A DNA stretch of 64,000 nucleotides from Myxococcota bacterium (GTDB lineage Bacteria > Myxococcota_A > UBA9160 > SZUA-336), in the NCBI GenBank assembly GCA_965247115.1, contig CBDFGR010000003.1, positions 1,984,001 through 2,048,000 on the forward strand. Reading direction: 5' to 3'. The position numbers were made by a program, and so were the translations under genes. Shown one piece after another: positions 19,861 to 28,569 of the stretch; position 1 is the stretch's first letter; the number at the start of each line of letters is the position of its first letter. The notes under the pieces were generated by a model. The model saw only the letters and a list, made by a program, of their open reading frames with translations. It did not search any database and had not been told where the DNA came from.

Positions 19861-22800
19861 CTAGGAGGCGGAAAGGGTGCAGTCCGATACGAGATCGCGG
19901 ACTTGCTCGAGCATCTGGTCGCGCGTGTATGCGCCCTTCTCGAGGATCGCCTCCACAGCGCTGCTGAGCAGTTCTCGATCTTCCTCCGTGAGATCCTTTG
20001 CGGTCGCGACGACTACAGGAATCTTTCGCCAGGCCTCGACGCTGCGCAGCTCTCCCAGAAACTCGAAGCCGGACATCACGGGCATCATGAGATCGAGAAT
20101 GATGACGTCTGGGGTCCGCTCTCGAACACGCTCGAGTGCCTCTCGACCGTGCCTGGCCTCCGCGACATCCCAGCCATTTCCCTCGAGAGTTCGCCGCATG
20201 AGCTCGCGTGTCTCGTTATCGTCCTCCACGATCAAGATCGGGCAGGGAGGGTTTTGGCAGCGATACTGGCTGATGATCTGCGAGAGGCGCTCGCTGTCGA
20301 CCGGCTTGGTCAGGTAGTCGACGGCGCCCAGTGCGTAGCCGATGTTCCTGTCTTCGATCATCGAGACCATGATGACGGGGATGTCCCGAAGCTGGGAATC
20401 CGATTTCAGCTCCTTCAGGACGGCCCAGCCGTCCTTGCCCGGCATCATCACGTCGAGCGTAATCGCAGCGGGTCGCGTCTCTCTGGCGAGGCGTAGTCCT
20501 GTGTCTCCGTCTGGGGCCATTACAACTTCGAAGCCGCTGCTGACCAGCGAGCGCTCCATCAGCTCGCGGGCTGCCGCGTCGTCGTCGATTACCAGGACAC
20601 ACTTGCCTGCGTGCGACACACGCTCCGCAACCACGTCACCGTCGGCTGCTGGGCGGTCAACCTCTGCCGGTAGGCGGATCGTGAACGTGGAGCCCTTCCC
20701 AAGCTCGCTCTTGACGTTCACGTCGCCACCCATCATCTGACAAAATTTCCTGGAGATCGCCAGGCCGAGTCCCGTACCACCGTATTCGCGGGTGGTCGAG
20801 GCGTCCGCCTGCGTGAACTCCTCGAACAGCTTCCCGAGCTTGTCCGAGGCGATACCGATCCCGCTATCCTCGACAACGAATGTCAGTCGGTCGCCTGAAT
20901 CAGTCTTCTCGCGCCTGGCCGAGAGCTCGATGGTGCCTCGCTCGGTGAACTTCGCGGCATTGCTGAGGAGATTGAACAGCACCTGGCGAACTTTGGTCAG
21001 GTCCGCACGCATCGAACCCAGCTCGCCCTCTCGCTCTATCCGCAGCGTGTTGCTGTTCTTCTTGATGAGCGCGTCGATGGTGGCGACCACGTCGTCTAGC
21101 ATGGACCCGACTTCAAAGGCCTCCAGATAGAGATCCATCTTGCCGGCCTCTATCTTGGAGATGTCGAGTACCCCGTTGATCAGCGCCAGCAGGTGCCCGC
21201 CGGCCTGGTGGATCTTCCGCAGGTCCGGGATGAACTCCTCTTGCTCGAGGTCTTCGGCCTCCTCAATCAGCAGCTCGCTGTAGCCGAGGATTGCGTTCAT
21301 CGGGGTGCGCAGCTCGTGGCTCATGTTGGCGAGGAAGGCGCTCTTGGCCCTGTTGGCCTCTTCGGCTGCCCCGCGAGCGATCTCCAACTCCTCGGCGGCC
21401 CTCTTGCGTTCGAAGACTCTACCGAGCTGCGCTCCCACGTTTCGCATGATCTGGAGCAGGTTCTCGTCGGGCGACATCTCTTCATTGAGGAAGAACTCGA
21501 GCACCGCCACCAGCTCCCCGCCCACCTGCACTGGGAAGCCGAAGGCGCCCTTGACGCCGAGGTCCTTCGCGAGCCGGTTGCGCGGGAAGTTCGGATCCGT
21601 CTGCACGTTGCTGATCCAGGCCGCCTCGCCCGACGCGAGGATCCGGCCCGGCAGTCCCTCGCCTCTCCCGAACGTCGTGCGCTCGGTGACCTCCCGAAAT
21701 ACGGCGTACGTCTCCGGGTTCTCGAGATGCCAGATCGTCGTGGGGATCAGCTCCTCCGGGTCCTCGGGAGACGGCTCGTAAACGTGGCCCACCGGCCAGC
21801 CGGTCATCTCACAGACCATGTCCACGACATGCGCCAGCGCTTCATCGACCGATTCAGTATCGGCCGCCATGTCTGCCGCTCGATGAAGGATAGTTTCTTC
21901 GAGGGCCTGGCTCGCCAGACTCTCCCTGGCTCGTTCGCGCTCGCCGATGTCGCGGCGTATCGACCGCGCCATCTGGTTGAAGGCCAGTGCCAGATCGCCG
22001 AGCTCGTCGCCCGAGCGAATATTCACGTGGGCTGAATAGTCGCCGCGGACGACGCGCTCGGTGCCCCTGACGAGCTGGCCGACGGGGTTGATGACCACAC
22101 GTCGGAGATAGAGCAGCGAGAGCGCCGCAACCAACACGGCGAGTGCACCCCCGAACCCGATGATACGGTTCCGAACGGCGGCGGCCGGCGCGGTGATCTC
22201 GGCCATGTCGACCTCGGCCAGGATCGCCCAGTTGAGCCCGCGGATGTGCAGCGGGCCATAGGAGGAGAGCACCTCGACGCCCCGATAAGCAGACTGCTGG
22301 AGCGTACCGGATCGCCCGGTGAGGGCGATGCGGGCCGCATCCGTATCGACCTTCTGCGCTAGGATCGAGGACACCTCGTGAAAGCGGCTGTCGGAGCGCA
22401 TCAGGAAATCGTCGCCGATCAGGTAGGTCTCCCCCGTCTTTCCGAGCCCGGCGACGTCGCTCATGATCTCGTTGATCTCGTCGACGGGCATTTGGAAGAT
22501 GGCCACGCCGATCAAACGTTCGCCGTCGAACACAGGCGCGCCGATGAAGCTAGCTGGCGCACCGTAGCTCGGCTCGTACGACTCGAAATCCGCGATGAAG
22601 ACCGATCCGGCAGAGGCGGACTGCAGCGCCTGGCGGTAGACGCCGGCGACGTTCGTCTCCCGGTGGAGGCCCTCTATGAAGTTCGTCGCGTACTCGGTCT
22701 CTTTGAACACCGAGTAGACGAGGTTCCCATCCGTGTCGAGGAGAAAGATGTCGTAGTATCCGAACGACTCGAGGAAATCCCGGATGCGTGGGTGATAGCG

Positions 22801-23325
22801 CTCGTGCAGCCGGTTGTAATCACATCGCTCGACAGCGCCCACAAGGCGATGCTTCTGACCGAAGGGGAACGGGTTCTCCATGATGTACATGGCTTGAAGG
22901 AACCGGCCGGATGAGGAGCGAGGGATGTACTCCTCGACGCCGTTCCACGGCTGGCCGGCCCGCTCGAGGCGCGAGCGAAACTCTCCCTCGTAGTAAGTCT
23001 CCAGAGCTCCGTAGACGGAGCTTCCAGGATCCGCCGACCATCTGATCTGGTCCGGAACGCTCTCGAAGGCGGCAGAGAGCTGCTCCGTGGCCTCGATGAT
23101 CATCTCGTCCTGAGCAAAGTTGAAGACCTGCTCGCGAATGATCTGGAAGTAGTTCTCGATGTAGTGCTGGCGCGATCTGCGCACCGCCTCGAGCGAGTTC
23201 GCCTGCTGGGTCAGCAGGGCTGAGGTGCCCCAGGTCGCACTGATCCACCCCACCAGCGCAATGGAGCCCACGACTCCGGCCAGGACAAGGCCGATGAGCT
23301 TGTTGGAGAGCTTCCAGTTCTTCAT
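19861..23325 (-). CDS. Hybrid sensor histidine kinase (Cache-HAMP-GAF-HisKA-HATPase-REC-REC)
   Basis: Two TM helices around a periplasmic Cache-like domain, H-box MSHELRTP, N/G boxes (NLLSNAAKFT, GGTGLGL), two receiver domains. Confidence 0.92.
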   Translation of the reverse strand: MKNWKLSNKLIGLVLAGVVGSIALVGWISATWGTSALLTQQANSLEAVRRSRQHYIENYFQIIREQVFNFAQDEMIIEATEQLSAAFESVPDQIRWSADPGSSVYGALETYYEGEFRSRLERAGQPWNGVEEYIPRSSSGRFLQAMYIMENPFPFGQKHRLVGAVERCDYNRLHERYHPRIRDFLESFGYYDIFLLDTDGNLVYSVFKETEYATNFIEGLHRETNVAGVYRQALQSASAGSVFIADFESYEPSYGAPASFIGAPVFDGERLIGVAIFQMPVDEINEIMSDVAGLGKTGETYLIGDDFLMRSDSRFHEVSSILAQKVDTDAARIALTGRSGTLQQSAYRGVEVLSSYGPLHIRGLNWAILAEVDMAEITAPAAAVRNRIIGFGGALAVLVAALSLLYLRRVVINPVGQLVRGTERVVRGDYSAHVNIRSGDELGDLALAFNQMARSIRRDIGERERARESLASQALEETILHRAADMAADTESVDEALAHVVDMVCEMTGWPVGHVYEPSPEDPEELIPTTIWHLENPETYAVFREVTERTTFGRGEGLPGRILASGEAAWISNVQTDPNFPRNRLAKDLGVKGAFGFPVQVGGELVAVLEFFLNEEMSPDENLLQIMRNVGAQLGRVFERKRAAEELEIARGAAEEANRAKSAFLANMSHELRTPMNAILGYSELLIEEAEDLEQEEFIPDLRKIHQAGGHLLALINGVLDISKIEAGKMDLYLEAFEVGSMLDDVVATIDALIKKNSNTLRIEREGELGSMRADLTKVRQVLFNLLSNAAKFTERGTIELSARREKTDSGDRLTFVVEDSGIGIASDKLGKLFEEFTQADASTTREYGGTGLGLAISRKFCQMMGGDVNVKSELGKGSTFTIRLPAEVDRPAADGDVVAERVSHAGKCVLVIDDDAAARELMERSLVSSGFEVVMAPDGDTGLRLARETRPAAITLDVMMPGKDGWAVLKELKSDSQLRDIPVIMVSMIEDRNIGYALGAVDYLTKPVDSERLSQIISQYRCQNPPCPILIVEDDNETRELMRRTLEGNGWDVAEARHGREALERVRERTPDVIILDLMMPVMSGFEFLGELRSVEAWRKIPVVVATAKDLTEEDRELLSSAVEAILEKGAYTRDQMLEQVRDLVSDCTLSAS

Positions 23326-23418
23326 GCTCGAACGCCAAGTCTACCGGATAGTCTCACCTGCCAGGTGTGTGGCAGAATTGGGCTGGTCGGATGGTCCCGA
23401 GAGCCCGAAAGAGGGGAT

Positions 23419-23784
23419 ATGCTGAAGATCCTGCTGGTCGAAGACAACGAGCTGAACCGAGACATGCTCTCTCGCCGCCTCGAGAAGCGGGGCTTCGAGA
23501 TCGACATCGCCATCGATGGTGAGGAGGGCGTCGACAAGGCCCGTAGCGGGTCGCCTGACCTGATCCTGATGGACATGAGTCTACCCGTGAAGAGTGGGTG
23601 GGACGCGGCGCGGGAGCTCAAAGCTGGCGAAGAGACGCGCGCGATCCCGGTGATTGCGCTCACTGCACACGCCATGTCGGGCGACCGCGAGAAGGCGCTG
23701 GATTCCGGCTGCGACGAGTTCGAGACGAAGCCCGTCAGACTCCCGGTGCTCTTGGAGAAGATCGAGAAGCTATTGGGTCGCTGA
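23419..23784 (+). CDS. Single-domain response regulator (CheY/DivK-like)
   Basis: KILLVEDN, LILMDMSLP, ETKPV; GAGGGG RBS. Confidence 0.92.
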   Translation: MLKILLVEDNELNRDMLSRRLEKRGFEIDIAIDGEEGVDKARSGSPDLILMDMSLPVKSGWDAARELKAGEETRAIPVIALTAHAMSGDREKALDSGCDEFETKPVRLPVLLEKIEKLLGR

Positions 23785-23793
23785 TCGCTACCC

Positions 23794-25164
23794 CTAGCTA
23801 GGTACGCCGAGGCGCCCGGTGATCGCGGACACTCGCCGGATCCGGACCGGGTGCTCGAAGCCCTTGGCCTCGACGTTCTGCTCCTCCTCGACGGTGACCA
23901 GATCGGCGACAACCTGCCAGGTCTCGTCGGAGATCAGGACCTCTCCTCCGCGCGTTTGAGCCTCGATGCGAGCGGCCAGGTTCACGGCCCTGCCGACCGC
24001 CGCGTACTTCGTGCGACGCTCCGACCCGATGTTCCCGACTACGACCTCGCCGGTTGCGACCGCGACTCCCATCTCGATCTCCGGTAGCCCCCGCGCGCGG
24101 TTTCTCTCGTTCACCTGGCCCATCGCGCGCTGCATGCCGAGCGCGCAAGCCACCGCTCGCGCAGCGTCATCTTCGCCCGCGAGCGGCGCCCCGAACAGAG
24201 CGAGGATCGCGTCGCCAATGAACTCGTCTATCGTGCCGCCGTGCTCCTGGATCACCTGCGTCATCGCACCAAGGTAGTTGTTGAGGAGCGCGACCACCTG
24301 CTGCGGCTCGAGCGAACCGGAGAGCCTTGTGAAGCTCCGCAGATCGCTGAGCAAGATGGTGACATGCCGCTTCTCCCCACCGAGCTCGAGGCTCTCCGCC
24401 TGGCTCATCACTGCATCGGCGACGTGATCGGAGACGTAACGACCGAACATGCGGCGGATGAAGGCGCCCCGCAGCTCCAGCTCTTGCGCAAGCGACTCCA
24501 TCTCGCGCGTAGCGCGCAGCACCTCGAGCTGAGTCTCGACGCGCGCGAGCACGATCGGGAAGTCGATCGGCTTGGTGACGTAGTCGTTCGCTCCGTGCCG
24601 GAGGCCCTCGATCACGTCGGAACGATCAGTCATCGCTGTCGCGAGGATGACCGGCAGCTCGCTGGTGGTGTGCTCCCGACGTATGGCGTCGAGCACCTCA
24701 AGCCCGCTCATACCCGGCATCATTACGTCCAGTAGCACCAGGTCGAAGCGCTTCTGGGAGATCTTCCGCAGGGCCTCGACTCCATCCACCGCCATGTCGA
24801 CGGCGTACCCGCTGCGCTCCAGGCGACGTGCGAGCATGTCGCGGTTGTTCGGCTCATCGTCGACCACGAGAATGCGCCCGGAGTCGGGTGCCTCAGGCGT
24901 CGACTCCTCACGCTGCTGTGCGGACGAAGCGGGTGCCGAGGGACCCGCATCGGTCCGGAGCGTCTCGTCCACGACCCGGAGGAGCTCCCCCGCGGCGCGG
25001 TGGACCTTCTCGAGATCTGGGACCAGATCCCGGTGTTCGTCGCGCGCCTCCTCGAGCAGCATCTCGGTGTAGCCGATGATCTGGCCCAGAGGCGTGCGCA
25101 TCTCGTGCTGCAGTCGGCGCAGGGTCGTCCGCGACTCGCGCCCGCTCTGCTTGTCCGGGCTCAT
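23794..25164 (-). CDS. Class III nucleotide cyclase with N-terminal HisKA-like and receiver domains
   Basis: QHEMRTPL H-box, REC (LLDVMMP), cyclase motifs SDLRSFT, IDEFIGDA, VGRAVNLAAR. Confidence 0.9.
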   Translation of the reverse strand: MSPDKQSGRESRTTLRRLQHEMRTPLGQIIGYTEMLLEEARDEHRDLVPDLEKVHRAAGELLRVVDETLRTDAGPSAPASSAQQREESTPEAPDSGRILVVDDEPNNRDMLARRLERSGYAVDMAVDGVEALRKISQKRFDLVLLDVMMPGMSGLEVLDAIRREHTTSELPVILATAMTDRSDVIEGLRHGANDYVTKPIDFPIVLARVETQLEVLRATREMESLAQELELRGAFIRRMFGRYVSDHVADAVMSQAESLELGGEKRHVTILLSDLRSFTRLSGSLEPQQVVALLNNYLGAMTQVIQEHGGTIDEFIGDAILALFGAPLAGEDDAARAVACALGMQRAMGQVNERNRARGLPEIEMGVAVATGEVVVGNIGSERRTKYAAVGRAVNLAARIEAQTRGGEVLISDETWQVVADLVTVEEEQNVEAKGFEHPVRIRRVSAITGRLGVPS

Positions 25165-25323
25165 GTCCAGAGAATACGTCACCGGATCGAGGAAGATCCG
25201 ACTGGGATCCTGGTGGAGGACCGGTCGCGGCGCGCTCCCGGTGCTCCGGCTCGGCCGGCGGGCGATCGGGGAAAGGTGAACGTTGCAGAGCTTCCGTTCG
25301 CGCGGCGCCGCAGAGGAATCGAC

Positions 25324-27489
25324 TTACTGATGCCCCGCCGAGTTCTTTTCGGCTTCCAGAAGAGAATTTCTGTCCAGGTTCGCTCTATGCAGGATATAGG
25401 AAAGGATGGCATCGCTATCTGCTTCTGTCAGCGCATCGCTGAAGTTGCCCATACCAGCATTTTCATACGCGCCCTTCAGTACGATTTCAGAGAAGATCTG
25501 CCGGGTTGCCGCGCTCATCATGCGTAGATCCGGTGGACCTCCGGAGCCTCGGGCAAAGGTACCGTGGCAGAGCGTGCAGTAACTATGATAGAGGATGCCG
25601 CCTCTACGCAGCGTATCCGCATCCGCAGTCGTTGCCGGTTGCCGGTGCGGCAGAAGAATCCGCTTCGCGGGGACATCCAGCTTCTGGTTGCCACCAAGCG
25701 CGAACACCAGAATCCGGCTGTGACTGCCATACACGGCCGTGGCGCTGGGTATCGGATTGTCACCGCCGATCTCGAACGAACTGGCGGACGCACCGGTCAT
25801 GATGGCGACATACTGCCGGTCATCCATTTCATAGGTGATGGGGGGAGCCAGAATGGATGTATAGGTATCGAAGCTCCACAGCTCCTCGCCGGTATCTTTG
25901 TCGTAGGCTTTCAGATGTCCATCGTCGCCGCCCTGGAAAAGCAGACCGCCGGCGGTTGCCAATACTCCGCCATTCCAGAAGAACGGCTGCTCAATCTGCC
26001 ACTTGTACTCGCCCTTGATCAGATCGAAGGCACCTAAATAGCCCCTCGGTTCCGGGAACTCAGTCAGGTTGGTCTCCAGGAAATTCGCAAGATCCACGTC
26101 CATCCCGGTGTTGGTGCCGGACCCCCCTTTCCATTCATAAACGCCGTTCTTCTTGGTCTGGGGATCGGCTCTGAAAAAGAAGGGATAGTCCCAGGTTCCC
26201 ATGTACACCACGCCGGCCTTGGCATCGTAGCTCATGGCCTGCCAGTTGTGAGCCCCGAACGGACCCGGTCAGATCCACTTCCCCTTTTCATAGTAACGGC
26301 CGCCATCAATCTCAACGGGCCGTCCAGTCTGCATGTCCACATGGCTTGCCCAGGTGACCGTCGCGTACTTTTCGGCGCGCAGAAGCTTGCCGTCGGTCCG
26401 GTCGATAACGTAGAAGAAGCCGTTTTTCGGAGCCTGGAGAATGACCTTGCGGTGCTTTCCATCGACTTTCAGCTCGGCGAGCGCCATGTCCTGGGTGGAT
26501 GTGTAGTCCCAGTTGTCCCCCGGCGTCTGCTGGTAGTACCACTGCATGGCGCCGCTGTTGGCGTCTACAGCGACGATAGAAGCGACGTAAAGATTGTCTC
26601 CACCGCCGGGGCTGCGAAATTCGCGTACCCAGGGCGCGGCATTGCCCGTGCCCAGATAGACCTGCTTCAGGTCCGGATCGTAAACGATGGAATTCCAGAC
26701 GTTGCCGCCACCGCCGTGCTTCCACCACTCTCCGTTCCAGGTTCTCGCAGCGGCTTCCAGCTCGGGGTGCTCAAAAGGTTCGGATGGATCTCCGGGTATC
26801 GACCAGAATCGCCAGGCCAGCTTGCCGGTACCGGCTTCGTAGGCGGATGTATAGCCACGGGTACCGGCCTCCGATGCAGCGTTGCCTATGTATATTTTCC
26901 CGCCCCCGATCCGAGGCGCTCCGGATATGAAGTACGGGACGCTTCGATCCGTGATGGTGTCCGTCCGCCAGACTTCCTCGCCGGTGCTCATGTCCACCGA
27001 CACCAGCCAGCCATCCATTGTCGCGATGATCAGTCGATCGCCATAGACGGCAATTCCGCGGCTGAACGATGTCCAGAGTCTGCTCTGACGGACCCGATCG
27101 ACGCCGGGGTCGAACTGCCATCGCTCTTCACCCGTCTTCGCATCGTAGACATGCACCACGTTCCAGGCGCTCGGCACGATCAGCAAACCGTTCACCACAA
27201 TTGGCGTTGCCTGCTGACCAAGGTAACTCTTGTAATCGTGATGCCAGACCAGGCCGAGGTCGGCGACTGTTTCTCTGTTCAGCTGCATGAGCGGTGAAAA
27301 GCGCTGCTCTTTGAAGTCCTGGCCATGTGCCATCCAGCTGCCCGGCTCGTCTTTCAACGCATTCTGAATGCGGGTGTCTGTGACCGGCTCGAACCGGGCT
27401 ACTTCGGCCTCAGAACCAACAGAGCTGGCGCCGGCTAGTGCAATCACCAGTGCCGCGAAACCCACTTGTGTGGATTTTCGATAAGTCAT
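25324..27489 (-). pseudogene. Quinohaemoprotein (PQQ + haem c) alcohol dehydrogenase interrupted by one in-frame TGA at 26269-26271 (nonsense lesion or recoded codon)
   Basis: The two track ORFs are in the same frame: ...AAG TGG ATC TGA CCG GGT CCG TTC GGG GCT CAC AAC TGG CAG GCC ATG = KWI*PGPFGAHNWQAM. PQQ motifs (WDYT, APKNGFFY), C-terminal CTLCH, signal peptide. Confidence 0.85.
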
Positions 27490-27531
27490 GGCCCCAGCAG
27501 GAATGGCGACCTTCCTATGGAAGGGGATGTG

Positions 27532-27591
27532 TTTCGCGAGGACGGGACCCATGTGAGTCGCAAGCGTGTCTCGAAGCTGATGCGATTGCGC
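27532..27591 (+). mobile_element. Possible IS3-family transposase remnant
   Basis: Translates as FREDGTHVSRKRVSKLMRLR, resembling the IS3 OrfB (L)RxxGxxVxRKRVxRLMR motif. No intact transposase nearby. Confidence 0.35.
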
Positions 27592-27636
27592 GCGTACTCG
27601 ACGCATACCGGCGAGGTCCTAGCGGAGGCGCCACAC

Positions 27637-28569
27637 CTAGATGGGCTGGCCGAAGCCCTCGCGGAGAATGTTCTCGGCGTCGCGGCCGGCGACGTAGCCG
27701 AGGGACGCGCTGCGGTAGCCGAGCAGCCGCTGTGCCTGCTCCGGAAGGGTCTTCGCGAACTCCGGCGGAACCGCCACGAACTGGTTCTCCTCCTGGGTCA
27801 GCCAGTTGACGGAGAAGATCGTGAGGAGCCCCGCGCGGTTCTGGTCGGTGGTGTTGGTGGCCAGGGCGTGGAAGGCCTTGCCGAGCCAGAAGAGCGCCGA
27901 ACCCTTGGGCATCACCGCCCGGGCCTCCTCGCGCTCGCGCGGCGCGCGGTCCGGGGGCCAGCGGTGGCTGCCCGGAACCACGCGGGTGGCCCCGTTCTCC
28001 TCGGTGAAGTCCGTGCACGCGTAGTTGACGGCGACGACCCAGTCCGGCTGGTCGGGTTCCTGCTGGATGAAGGGGCGGAAGGCGTCCATCTCGCGGTGCA
28101 GCACCTGGTGGCCGCCTCGGGCCCCGAGCTGGATGGAGCCCGAGAAGTGGACCCGGTAGTGGTGGCAGTTGGGGCCGTTCACCGGGTCTCGCTGCTCCGC
28201 CCGGAGGTACTCTTCATGGTCGTATATGCCGACCTCGTGCTGGGCCTGGGTCTTCGCGCTCGCCGGCCCCATCGGGTGCTGGGGGAGCAGCGTGCCGTCC
28301 AGCACGTCGAGGATCAATGAATTGCTCAGCAGGCGCTCGGCGAACACGGGATCGCGCCCGAAGAGATTCGAGCAGGTCCGCACGTTCTCCCCGTAGAACT
28401 CGGGCCCCGGGGATTCACGGACGAGTGGCTCGGCGGCAGCCACGAGCTCGTCCACGACGTCGTGCGGGAGCACCTCGCGAATGATCACCGCGCCCTCCTG
28501 GCGCAGCGTGCCCGCGATCTCGAGCGGCTTGGCGTCCTTCTCGTAGGATTTGATCTGGGGCTTGGTCAT
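27637..28569 (-). CDS. Phytanoyl-CoA dioxygenase (PhyH) family Fe/2OG oxygenase
   Basis: LHRE...AFH and DFTEENGATRVVPGSHRW; ATGA overlap with the upstream amidohydrolase. Confidence 0.85.
   Translation of the reverse strand: MTKPQIKSYEKDAKPLEIAGTLRQEGAVIIREVLPHDVVDELVAAAEPLVRESPGPEFYGENVRTCSNLFGRDPVFAERLLSNSLILDVLDGTLLPQHPMGPASAKTQAQHEVGIYDHEEYLRAEQRDPVNGPNCHHYRVHFSGSIQLGARGGHQVLHREMDAFRPFIQQEPDQPDWVVAVNYACTDFTEENGATRVVPGSHRWPPDRAPREREEARAVMPKGSALFWLGKAFHALATNTTDQNRAGLLTIFSVNWLTQEENQFVAVPPEFAKTLPEQAQRLLGYRSASLGYVAGRDAENILREGFGQPI

Noticed and set aside
26269..26271. UGA as evidence for an alternative genetic code (table 4 or 25), or a frameshift splitting the dehydrogenase
   Set aside because: Many core genes here end at TGA (e.g. 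rpsU, hisB, rpmE, lon), and the two halves share one frame, so neither explanation holds.
26490..26520. Lanthanide-dependent PQQ enzyme
   Set aside because: The motif is WDYT and lacks the extra Asp (D-x-D) of XoxF/PedH-type enzymes.
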